A stretch of 57,838 nt of DNA from Candidatus Dormiibacterota bacterium. GTDB lineage: Bacteria; Chloroflexota; Dormibacteria; Aeolococcales; Aeolococcaceae. Of this stretch, positions 19,354 to 27,644 are shown piece by piece. The translations under genes and the position numbers were made by a program. The stretch is taken from assembly GCA_036786805.1 (NCBI GenBank), contig DAIQQM010000001.1, positions 1-57,838 on the forward strand. The letters run 5' to 3'. Numbering within the stretch: position 1 is the stretch's first letter; each line of letters opens with the position of its first letter. Below the pieces are notes generated by a model. The model had not been told where the DNA came from, ran no database searches, and worked only from the letters and a program-made list of their open reading frames with translations.

Positions 19354-20679
19354 TCAGCTGAGGCGCGACGGCTGCGGCGTCAAAGCGGCTTCGAGGTCGG
19401 CGGCGAACCGGACGGCGTCATCGGGTTCGAGACGTGACGTCGTGACCCGGATGCCTCGTGCGCTGGCGATGCGGAACCGGTCCCCGGCGAGCACGCCCCA
19501 GCCACGCTCCTGAAGGTCGGCCACGGTCGCGTCCTCGTGAGCCACGGGAATCCAGACGTTCAGCCCCGAGCGGCCGTGGGACTCGATGCCGCGAGCAGCG
19601 AGCGCCTCGCGAAGCGCATCGCGTCGGCGCGTGTAGGTGGCGGCAACGTCCTTCGTTCGGGACTGCTCGTCGGGATGGCTCCATGTGCGAACCACGAGGC
19701 GTTGGAGCAGGTGCGAGACCCACCCGGCGGCGAGGAGACGGCGCCCCTCCACCCGTGCGACGGTAGTGGCGTCGCCCGCGAGAACGGCGAGGCGGAGGTC
19801 GGGTCCGAGCGATTTCGACACGGAGCGCAGGTGCGCCCAGCGCGCACGCTCGGGCTCACACAGCGAGTGGCACCGGCGTTCTGTGATGTCGAAGGCATGA
19901 TCGTCCTCGAGCACCAGCACGGCCGGGTGACCGGCGAGCACCGACCTGAGCTCCTCCGCCCGTTCGGCGTCCACGGCGGAGCCGTATGGGTTCTGCGCGC
20001 GCGGGGTGAGCGCGCAGGCGACCGCGCCGCCACGAAGCGCGCGGGCCAGCCCGTCGGGCGTGGGGCCGCGATCGTCGATGGCCACTGGGAGGACCGTGAG
20101 GCCGAGCGCCGACGCGAGATCGATGATTCCCGGATAGCACGGATCCTCGACGGCGATGCGATCACCGGGCCGAACGTGGGCCGCCAGCGCGAGCTGGATG
20201 CCGTCGAGCGCCCCACCGACGACGGTGAGGTGGTCGCTCGGGACACCATCGCGATCGAGACGGGCCGCGGCCAGCGCGAGCAGCTCGGGGTCGGAGCCCA
20301 CCGCTCCATAGAGGACGGGCTCGCGTGGCAGCGCGGCGAACGCGGGTCCCAGGTCGGGCAGGAGCGCCGGGTCCGGGTTGCCGGACAGGAGGTCGACGAC
20401 CCCTGCGGGGACGATCGGCCGGCCCCGCGGCGACGGCGGGACCCGCGGCGCGATGGTCGTGCCGAGCCGGCCGGCGCCGGCGACGAGCCCTCGGCGGCGC
20501 AGTTCGCGGTAGGCGGAGGCGACGGTAGCGGTGCTGATGCCGCGATGCGACGCGAGCGACCTGACGGTCGGCAGGCGCGTCCCCGCCGTGAGCTCGCCTT
20601 CGCGAATGCCCCGCTCGACGCTCTCGGCGATCTCGGACGCCCGCCGTCCAGCGATGTGATAACGTATCGGTACGTTCAT
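19354..20679 (-). CDS. MocR-family regulator (GntR wHTH fused to an aminotransferase-like PLP domain)
   Basis: N-terminal LPTVRSLASHRGISTATVASAYRELRRRGLV. C-terminal fold-type I domain with SVSKSLGPDLRL (PLP lysine). Confidence 0.9.
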   Translation of the reverse strand: MNVPIRYHIAGRRASEIAESVERGIREGELTAGTRLPTVRSLASHRGISTATVASAYRELRRRGLVAGAGRLGTTIAPRVPPSPRGRPIVPAGVVDLLSGNPDPALLPDLGPAFAALPREPVLYGAVGSDPELLALAAARLDRDGVPSDHLTVVGGALDGIQLALAAHVRPGDRIAVEDPCYPGIIDLASALGLTVLPVAIDDRGPTPDGLARALRGGAVACALTPRAQNPYGSAVDAERAEELRSVLAGHPAVLVLEDDHAFDITERRCHSLCEPERARWAHLRSVSKSLGPDLRLAVLAGDATTVARVEGRRLLAAGWVSHLLQRLVVRTWSHPDEQSRTKDVAATYTRRRDALREALAARGIESHGRSGLNVWIPVAHEDATVADLQERGWGVLAGDRFRIASARGIRVTTSRLEPDDAVRFAADLEAALTPQPSRLS

Positions 20680-20697
20680 CGCTTTGTATCATAACAA
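20680..20697. promoter_or_regulatory. 18-bp divergent intergenic region with overlapping -10-like boxes (TATCAT on +, TATGAT on -)
   Basis: cgctttgTATCATAacaa sits 5-8 nt from both start codons, so both transcripts would be leaderless. The inverted repeat AACGTA-N4-TACGTT at 20661-20676 lies just inside mocR. Confidence 0.3.
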
Positions 20698-21666
20698 ATG
20701 ACCCAGAACGTGTCCACGTCTCAGATCTCGCGTCCCCGGGCTTCCCGCACTCAGATCGTGGTTGCCTTCGCGGCGGTGTACGTCATCTGGGGATCGACGT
20801 ACCTCACGATCCACATCGCGAGCGAGACCATCCCGGCACTGCTGATGTCGGGGGCCCGCTTCGTGCTCGCCGGACTGCTCCTGCTGGCGTTCTCGCATCG
20901 GCCGGGGGCACCGCGGGAGCGCCTCACGCTGATTCACTGGCGATCCGCGCTCGTCATCGGCGGATGCCTCCTGCTCTTCGGCAACGGCGGGGTCGCGTGG
21001 GGTGAGCAGTACCTCCCGACCGGCTTCGTCGCGCTGATCATCGCGACGGTGCCGCTCTGGATGGCGCTGTTCGCGCCGGCGTTCGGCGGCCGCTGGATCA
21101 ACTGGACGGCGGCGATCGGCATCGCAATCGGGCTCGTCGGGATCGCCCTGCTGGTCCGTCCCGGCGGCAGCGGCGCCGGGCACTGGCAGACGCTCGTGGT
21201 GCTGATGGCCCCGCTCCTCTGGGCCATCGGTTCGCTCTACGCCCGCAACGCGCCCGCGCCCCACCAGCCGCTCACCGCGGTCGGCATGGAGATGATCGCC
21301 GGAGGAGCGCTGCTCGGTGTCGCAGGCGTGGCCGACGGGGAGCTCGGTCACGTCCACCTCGCGAACGTGTCGCTCGCCTCGGGGGCCGCCTTCGTCTATC
21401 TGGTGCTCGTCGGCGCGCTCGTCGGCTACGTCGCGTACATCTGGCTCCTCCACCACGTCTCGGTGACAGCGGCCTCCACGTACGCCTTCGTGAACCCGGT
21501 CGTGGCCGTGGCGCTGGGGGCGATCGTCCTCGGCGAGCAGGTGACCCCCCTCACCCTGGTGGCGGCAGCGCTCATCGTCGGCGCTGTCGTGCTCCTCCTG
21601 GTCGGCCAGAGCCGCAAGACCGAGCATGCCGTCGCAGTCGAGGTACCGGTTCGCGACGTCGCCTGA
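20698..21666 (+). CDS. EamA/DMT-family transporter
   Basis: 322 aa, about 10 TM helices in two EamA-like repeats. Divergent from the MocR regulator. Confidence 0.88.
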   Translation: MTQNVSTSQISRPRASRTQIVVAFAAVYVIWGSTYLTIHIASETIPALLMSGARFVLAGLLLLAFSHRPGAPRERLTLIHWRSALVIGGCLLLFGNGGVAWGEQYLPTGFVALIIATVPLWMALFAPAFGGRWINWTAAIGIAIGLVGIALLVRPGGSGAGHWQTLVVLMAPLLWAIGSLYARNAPAPHQPLTAVGMEMIAGGALLGVAGVADGELGHVHLANVSLASGAAFVYLVLVGALVGYVAYIWLLHHVSVTAASTYAFVNPVVAVALGAIVLGEQVTPLTLVAAALIVGAVVLLLVGQSRKTEHAVAVEVPVRDVA

Positions 21667-21701
21667 CCGCGTCCCCGCGACCGAGGGGTGACAATGGGTC
21701 G

Positions 21702-22403
21702 GTGGAGAGCGAGACCCTGACGGTGGACACCACCGCCGAGCCCCTGCGACCCCGCCCTCGCGTGGGTGTCAAGGACGTGCTCTGCGTTGGACCCATCATC
21801 GCGAACACCATCTACTACTACGCCGGGCTGCCGCTCACGCCGCTGCTGCTCGGACGCAACCCGGTGCTGCTCAGCGCGCTGCGCGGCAGCATCGCGTCGA
21901 TGGTTGCCGCGGGCGGCTTTGCCCGGGTCGGAAGGGTTCCGCTCCTCCTGGCGCTCATCGCGCCGATCCCCATCTCGATGATGACCGACCCGTTCTTCTT
22001 CTGGGCCGGGAAACGCTATGGACGGGGTCTCATCAACTACCTCAGCGAGTCGGACCCGCGATGGCGAAAGCGCGCCGCCCGTGGGGAGCGTTTCTTCAAG
22101 AAGTACGGCGTGTGGACGATCGTGCTCGCGCCGTTCCTTCCGGCGCCGTCGCCGCTGTTCTACATGGCGGCGGGCGAGGCCGGCATGCCGTTCCTGCTCT
22201 TCATCGCCGCGGACCTGATCGGCACCCTGGCGTACATCGGGCTCATCGTGGCCCTGGGGTGGACCATCGGTCAGCCCGCCGTGACCGTCGCGCAGGCGAT
22301 CAGCAACTACGCGCTCTGGGTCATCGTCGCGATGGTGGTGCTCATCGTCGCGTGGTCATTCTGGTCGGCATGGCGAACGCCCCGAGAGGCGACGAGGCCG
22401 TAG
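21702..22403 (+). CDS. DedA/VTT-domain membrane protein
   Basis: FFFWAGKRYGRGLINYL...YGVWTIVLAPFLP motif pattern. GTG start. Confidence 0.72.
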   Translation: MESETLTVDTTAEPLRPRPRVGVKDVLCVGPIIANTIYYYAGLPLTPLLLGRNPVLLSALRGSIASMVAAGGFARVGRVPLLLALIAPIPISMMTDPFFFWAGKRYGRGLINYLSESDPRWRKRAARGERFFKKYGVWTIVLAPFLPAPSPLFYMAAGEAGMPFLLFIAADLIGTLAYIGLIVALGWTIGQPAVTVAQAISNYALWVIVAMVVLIVAWSFWSAWRTPREATRP

Positions 22404-22423
22404 GCGCCGGCCGCAGGCCGGTT

Positions 22424-22909
22424 GTGACGCGGCGGTGGCTGCTGGTCATCGCCGCGGTGCTCGCGCCGATCACGCTTGGAGCACTCGCGACCGTGCTGCT
22501 CTACGTGACGCGCCCGCAGCCCGCCGTCCCGCGTGCGGCGGCCGCCGAGGCCGTCTCGGACGTCAAGGGACGCGATGGGTCGGTCCTGGTGCTGCAGCCC
22601 AAGACCACCGACCAGGTTCGCGTGCCGCTGGGATCGAGCCTGGAGGTGGTGCTTCTGCCCGGGCTCGGCGAGACCGTCGAGTCGGCGAACCCCGACCTCC
22701 TCGCAGCGACGGCGAATCCCCCGTGCCATCTCACAGCGATCTGCGGGTTTCCAGGTGCGCAACGCTGGACGTTCCGAGCGATACATCCCGGGGTCGGCTA
22801 CCTGAAGATCATCTTCGGCTTCAGGGTCTGCCAGGAGGACGGGGCCTGCACGACCACGCCCTACGTGTTCAAGCCGATCGCCGTGTCCGCGCGGCCCCAG
22901 GCGAGCTGA
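22424..22909 (+). CDS. Membrane-anchored secreted hypothetical protein (about 161 aa)
   Basis: GTG 22424 gives VTRRWLLVIAAVLAPITLGALATVLLYV (signal anchor) followed by a beta-rich domain with 4 Cys. The upstream part of track ORF 22061-22909 overlaps the DedA gene out of frame. Confidence 0.5.
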   Translation: MTRRWLLVIAAVLAPITLGALATVLLYVTRPQPAVPRAAAAEAVSDVKGRDGSVLVLQPKTTDQVRVPLGSSLEVVLLPGLGETVESANPDLLAATANPPCHLTAICGFPGAQRWTFRAIHPGVGYLKIIFGFRVCQEDGACTTTPYVFKPIAVSARPQAS

Positions 22910-22911
22910 CC

Positions 22912-24159
22912 TCAGGGGATCGCGACGTCCTGCCGATACTTCGGCAGACGGATCGTCCCGCTCTCGACGACGTCCGCGATGCGTTCGACGGCGTCCCAGA
23001 GGTCGACGAAGCGCGTGTAGAGCGGGGCGAGCCCGAAGCGGCACAGGTCGGGCGGCCGGAAGTCGCCGACCACGCCGCGGTCGCCCGCCGCGCGCACGAT
23101 CGCAAGTCCGTCGGGATGGCGGAGGGACACCTGCGCGCCGCGGTGCTCGGAAGAGCCGGGGGTCGCGACCTCGAACCCGAGCGGATCGAGACGCGCGTGC
23201 GCAAGGCGCATGAAGACCTCGGTGAGGAGCCCCGCCTTCCCGCCGACCGCGTGGGCACCGGCCTCGAGCTGCAGCTCCACACCGACGGCGAGCGCGCCGA
23301 TCGCGAGCACCGGGGGCGACCCGCTCATCCAGCCGCGCATCCCCGGCGCACGCCGGTACTCCGCATCGAAGAGGAACGGGTTGTCATGGCCGAGCCATCC
23401 CTGAATGGGGTTGCGGAGCTCATCGTGCAAGGCGGTGGCGATGTAGAGATACGCCGGAGCACCGGGGCCGCCGTTCAGGTACTTGTAGCCGCATCCCACC
23501 GCGAGATCCGCACCGTGGTGGTTGAGCTTGATCTCGACGGCGCCCGCGGAGTGCGAGAGATCCCAGAGGACGAGCGCACCCGCGGCATGCGCGGCCGCCG
23601 TGAGCGCGCCCATGTCGTGGCGCTCCCCGGTGCGGAAGTCGACCTCGGTGAGCATCAGCAGCGCCGTGTCATCGCCGAGCGCGTCACGAAGCGCGGCGCG
23701 CTCCACGGCGCGAACCTCGCACCCGAGCAGGTCTGCGACCCCGCCGGCGATGTACAGGTCGGTTGGAAAGTTGCTCCGCTCGGTGACGATCACGCGCCGC
23801 TGCTGTCGCGCCCGCAGCACCGCGGTGATGAGGCGGAACAGCCCCACCGACGTGGTGTCCGCCACCAGCACCTCGCCTGGTGAGGCGCCGATGAGCGCGC
23901 CGATGCGGTCCCCGACTCGCAGCGGTGACTCCATCCACCCCGACTCGGTCCAGCCGCGGACGAGGATCGTTCCCCATTCATGCTCGGCCATCTCCTGCAA
24001 CCGCCTCAGCGCCGCCTTGGGCAGACGTCCCATCGAATTGCCGTCGAGGTAGATGGTCTCGCCGTCGTCGAGAAAGCGTTCGCGGAATGCGGCGAGCGGA
24101 TCCTTGGCGTCGAGCGCGGCGCACGAGTTACGGTCGATATTGTCGGGAAGTTGTGTCAC
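22912..24159 (-). CDS. kynU: Kynureninase
   Basis: DLSHSAGAV and GCGYKYLNGGPGAPAYLY (PLP lysine). GTG start at 24159 in a GTGA overlap with the kynA stop. Confidence 0.9.
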   Translation of the reverse strand: MTQLPDNIDRNSCAALDAKDPLAAFRERFLDDGETIYLDGNSMGRLPKAALRRLQEMAEHEWGTILVRGWTESGWMESPLRVGDRIGALIGASPGEVLVADTTSVGLFRLITAVLRARQQRRVIVTERSNFPTDLYIAGGVADLLGCEVRAVERAALRDALGDDTALLMLTEVDFRTGERHDMGALTAAAHAAGALVLWDLSHSAGAVEIKLNHHGADLAVGCGYKYLNGGPGAPAYLYIATALHDELRNPIQGWLGHDNPFLFDAEYRRAPGMRGWMSGSPPVLAIGALAVGVELQLEAGAHAVGGKAGLLTEVFMRLAHARLDPLGFEVATPGSSEHRGAQVSLRHPDGLAIVRAAGDRGVVGDFRPPDLCRFGLAPLYTRFVDLWDAVERIADVVESGTIRLPKYRQDVAIP

Positions 24160-24929
24160 AGCCGGTTGCGCACCTCCCAGAGCTCGGGAAAGAATCGCGT
24201 GGCGATCGTGGTGTCGAGGTAGGCGACACCGCCTCCGCCCGTGCCGGGGCGTGATCCGATCTCCCGCGCCGCCATCAGCGCGTGGTGATAGCGCCACCGC
24301 GAGATCGCCTCGTCATGATCGAGCAGCAGCTCGCATACACGGTGGAGCACGGCGCGCTCCGGGGTTGCGTGGTCGCGGTACAGGCCCACCAGCGCCCCGA
24401 TCCGACGCTCACGGTGCTCGGTGCTGTCGCCGTCGGGAGCGTCGAACCCGTGCGCGCGCAACGACGCGCAGAGCGATGTGAACAGCGTCGGCAAACCGGC
24501 GCGTCGCCGCAACTCCTCCTGATCGTGGTCGGAAAGGGGCGACCCACCGGCCGGTGTGGTCCCATCGATGCCGGCGAGGATCTCGATGGCGCGAAACTGC
24601 CCCGACTGAAAACCTGAGGCTGGTTTGAGTGGATCGCGGAACGCGAGGAATCCCTCGGGTGTCAGGGTTTCGAGCACCCGCAGCTGCGCGATGAGCAACT
24701 CGTCGACACGAGTTGTGCGGTGCAGTGGCGCCATCGCCCCCTGCGGACGCCCGGCGCTCAACTCGGCCGTCGCGAGATCGAGCTCGTGGAGGATCACCTT
24801 GAACCAGAGCTCGTACGCCTGGTGAATGACCACGAACAGCATCTCGTCGTGTGCGCCCTCTGTGAGCGGGTGCTGCAGGTCGAGAAGCTCATCGATGCGC
24901 AGGTATGTGCTGTAGTCGGTGCCGGCCAC
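24156..24929 (-). CDS. kynA: Tryptophan 2,3-dioxygenase
   Basis: TYLRIDELLDLQHP, VIHQAYELWFK and the GSRPGTGGGG-VAYL segment are typical of bacterial TDO. Confidence 0.9.
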   Translation of the reverse strand: MAGTDYSTYLRIDELLDLQHPLTEGAHDEMLFVVIHQAYELWFKVILHELDLATAELSAGRPQGAMAPLHRTTRVDELLIAQLRVLETLTPEGFLAFRDPLKPASGFQSGQFRAIEILAGIDGTTPAGGSPLSDHDQEELRRRAGLPTLFTSLCASLRAHGFDAPDGDSTEHRERRIGALVGLYRDHATPERAVLHRVCELLLDHDEAISRWRYHHALMAAREIGSRPGTGGGGVAYLDTTIATRFFPELWEVRNRL

Positions 24930-24932
24930 GAG

Positions 24933-25967
24933 TCAGGACCCTCGCGTGACCAGGATGTCGTCGAGTGAGAACTCCTCCGGCGGGGAGAGTTGATCGAAGT
25001 CGCAGGAGCGCGGCGCCTTGTCGGGCCGCCAGCGGAGAAACCGCGACGCATGGCGGAAGCGGCCACTCTGGAGGTGATCGAAGGACACCTCGCACACCAA
25101 GTCGGGGCGCACCGACGTCCAGGCGCTCTCGGCAGAACGCTGCCATCGGCTCGGACCGCCCGGGGTCCGGCCGTGGCCGAAGCTGTCCCCGCCGACCAGC
25201 GGCTGCAGTTGCTCGAGGATCGCGCGCCGCTCGGCGGCGTCGAACGACGACGTATGGCCGACGTGATGGAGCGCGCCGTCGCCGTCGTAGAGGCCCAGCA
25301 ACAGCGATCCGATGCCCTTGCCGTCCTTGGCAACGCGATAGCCGCCGACCACGCAGTCGACGGTGCGGAGGTGCTTGACCTTCACCCAGCGGCGCTCACC
25401 GGGGCGGTAGGTGCCCTCCGGGTCCTTCGCCACCACGCCGTCGAGACCGGCGCCCTCGTAGCGGGTGAACCAGGTGGCGGCCTCATCGGAGTCGGTGGTC
25501 TGGGGGGTCACGCCGACCATCCGGCTGCTCGCAATCACCCGCATGAGTCGCTCCCGACGCTCCGTGAACGGGCGTTCGCGCAGGTCAGTCCCATCGACTC
25601 CCAGCAGGTCGAAGAGCACCACCGATGCCGGCGTCTTCTCGGCGAGCATGCGCACCCGCGATGCGGCCGGGTGGATCCGCTGCTGGAGCGCGTCGAAGTC
25701 CAGACCGTGGTCGGTGGCGATCACCACCTCGCCGTCGACGATGGCGCGCTCCGGGAGCGCCGCCTTCAAAGGCTCGATCAGCTCCGGGAAGTAGCGCTCC
25801 AGCGCAAGCGCATTCCGGCTCGCAATGTGGACATTGGTGCCGTCGCGAAAGACGATCGCCCGAAAGCCGTCCCACTTCGGCTCGTAGAACCAGCTCCCGT
25901 CCCTGGGGATGTCTGGAGCGGCTCGCGCCAGCATCGGTTCGAGGGGCGGATCGAAGGGCAGCGACAC
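24933..25967 (-). CDS. ATP-dependent DNA ligase (stand-alone LigC-like size, 344 aa)
   Basis: Motif I EPKWDGFRA (KxDG adenylation lysine), LDGVVAK, WVKVKH motif V, C-terminal OB domain. Confidence 0.9.
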   Translation of the reverse strand: MSLPFDPPLEPMLARAAPDIPRDGSWFYEPKWDGFRAIVFRDGTNVHIASRNALALERYFPELIEPLKAALPERAIVDGEVVIATDHGLDFDALQQRIHPAASRVRMLAEKTPASVVLFDLLGVDGTDLRERPFTERRERLMRVIASSRMVGVTPQTTDSDEAATWFTRYEGAGLDGVVAKDPEGTYRPGERRWVKVKHLRTVDCVVGGYRVAKDGKGIGSLLLGLYDGDGALHHVGHTSSFDAAERRAILEQLQPLVGGDSFGHGRTPGGPSRWQRSAESAWTSVRPDLVCEVSFDHLQSGRFRHASRFLRWRPDKAPRSCDFDQLSPPEEFSLDDILVTRGS

Positions 25968-26000
25968 CCCCCGAGTGTCGCCGATTGGGCCGTGCTCCGG

Positions 26001-26423
26001 CTACGCGGTGAGGACGCGCGGCCGCAGATCGCGCATGCGGAGCCGCAGCAGGTTGTCGACATCGACCACGTCGCCGACCTCGCGAACCGCTGTCTCGAAG
26101 CGCGTGATGTCGGTCAGCTCGTCGACCTCGCCGCGCAGGGTGACCACGCCCCGGTTGGCGCGGATCTCGAGCCCGGTCGCCAGGTCGCCGAAGCCGAGTG
26201 AGAGGGCGACGCGGACCCGGTTGGCGAGTGTCTCATCCCAGGTTGCCGACGTCCGATGGGGACGCTTGTCGACGGCCGAACCGACCAGGTTGGCGACTCC
26301 GACGGTGGCGCGGCGAGCCGCTGCCCGGCGGCGGGCTCCCGAGCGCGGATGCAGGAGGAATGCGGCGATTGCGATGACTGCGGCGCCGGTGGCTGCTGCC
26401 GCGAGCTTGAGGATCCGGGTCAC
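26001..26423 (-). CDS. Membrane-anchored BON-domain protein
   Basis: N-terminal TM helix, then ...EIRANRGVVTLRGEVDELTD..., which is BON-like. Confidence 0.7.
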   Translation of the reverse strand: MTRILKLAAAATGAAVIAIAAFLLHPRSGARRRAAARRATVGVANLVGSAVDKRPHRTSATWDETLANRVRVALSLGFGDLATGLEIRANRGVVTLRGEVDELTDITRFETAVREVGDVVDVDNLLRLRMRDLRPRVLTA

Positions 26424-26565
26424 TGGGGGAACCCTCCGGTGAATGAGTGCAGGAGCGCTCGTTCAAACGTACCGCGGGACGGTTGGTTACGCGGTACGGC
26501 GACGACGGTTTCGGGGGCCTGTACGCGATGCGCCCACGCAGGGTTCCGAGAACCGGGCGACCCGT

Positions 26566-27015
26566 CTACGAGGGCGGCGGGGGGAAGTGACGGACGTCAG
26601 TCCACCGAACGCCGTCCCACCAGCGCAACGCTCCGGTCGCGCCCTCCGGGTACCAACCCGGCGGCGGCGGCGGGATCACCCCGGCGTGGCGCAACACCTC
26701 GCCGCGTTTGGCAGCCACCCAGACGATCGACCCGATGACTCCGCCGAAGATGACGACGAGAAGCCACACCAGCTTCTCGCTGCCGGCAGCCCGGAACTGC
26801 ATGTCGGGGATCTTCGCCACCTCGATGATGATCACGATCCAGAACACGCAGGCGCCAACCCACAGCAGCGTGAACAGGAGTGGGATCCACGCGAAGTCGA
26901 AGACAACTCCACTCACCGGACGTGGCCTCGCATCAGCCCAGCTTAGGCCGAGCGACTGTCCGCCGTCTGCGTTGACGGTGAGGCTTCTGTTCCGCAGGCA
27001 CGCCTGCCTCGGCAC
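26566..27015 (-). CDS. Small membrane protein with a PLD-nuclease-N-terminal-like TM pair and a DUF2510-like C-terminus
   Basis: WIVIIIEVAKIPDMQFRAAGSEKLVWLLVVIFGGVIGSIVW, followed by PPPGWYPEGATGALRWWDGVRWTD. The start may be the GTG at 26916. Confidence 0.65.
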   Translation of the reverse strand: MPRQACLRNRSLTVNADGGQSLGLSWADARPRPVSGVVFDFAWIPLLFTLLWVGACVFWIVIIIEVAKIPDMQFRAAGSEKLVWLLVVIFGGVIGSIVWVAAKRGEVLRHAGVIPPPPPGWYPEGATGALRWWDGVRWTDVRHFPPPPS

Positions 27016-27107
27016 TGCAGCCCAGATTCTCCCGTCAATGCGGCAACCATCGCTGAGGTTGTCGCTACGCGGAGAAGCCTCAATAGGTGCGCGCGGGGAT
27101 CCGAAGG

Positions 27108-27344
27108 TTAGGCGGTTCCGTCCTGCACGATCGCCTCGACCTTCTCACGGATCCAGTCGTGCGGGTCGGGATGGCCGGCCTCGCGCCACTCAGCCAGCAA
27201 CCGCGTCGGCGGGAGCCCGGTCGCAGCCTCTGCGACGTGGTAATGGCGATTGAGAGCATCGATGTCCTCTCCTGACGAGGTCAGGGCGAACCAGGCACGC
27301 ATGACCGGCGGCGTCATCATTCGGGTCGCTTGTTCGGCACTCAC
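27108..27344 (-). CDS. Small hypothetical protein (78 aa)
   Basis: ORF with host-like codon bias. No recognisable motif. Confidence 0.4.
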   Translation of the reverse strand: MSAEQATRMMTPPVMRAWFALTSSGEDIDALNRHYHVAEAATGLPPTRLLAEWREAGHPDPHDWIREKVEAIVQDGTA

Positions 27345-27467
27345 ACGAGCATCCTAGGCACCGATGTTCGGCGACGAGATGCTTCGGGTTCGATGCAGCG
27401 CACTCCTGTGATTGCGCTGTGACCCAAATTGGGGATCTGTGGCCGGAAATCGGGGGGTGGCGCGCCC

Positions 27468-27545
<78 letters not shown>

Positions 27546-27644
27546 CGTGACTGTACCCCATACCGCCTTAACCAATACCCCACCGCGCCACGAGGGCCGG
27601 TCGCGGCATGATTCAAGTTCAGAAGCTCAACGGAGGTGAACTCG

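Noticed and set aside
26469-26497. Inverted repeat GTACCGCG-N13-CGCGGTAC downstream of the PLDc_N-like gene.
   Set aside because: It has a short 8-bp stem, a large loop and no U-tract. It could be a weak terminator or chance, and there is too little to support a feature call.
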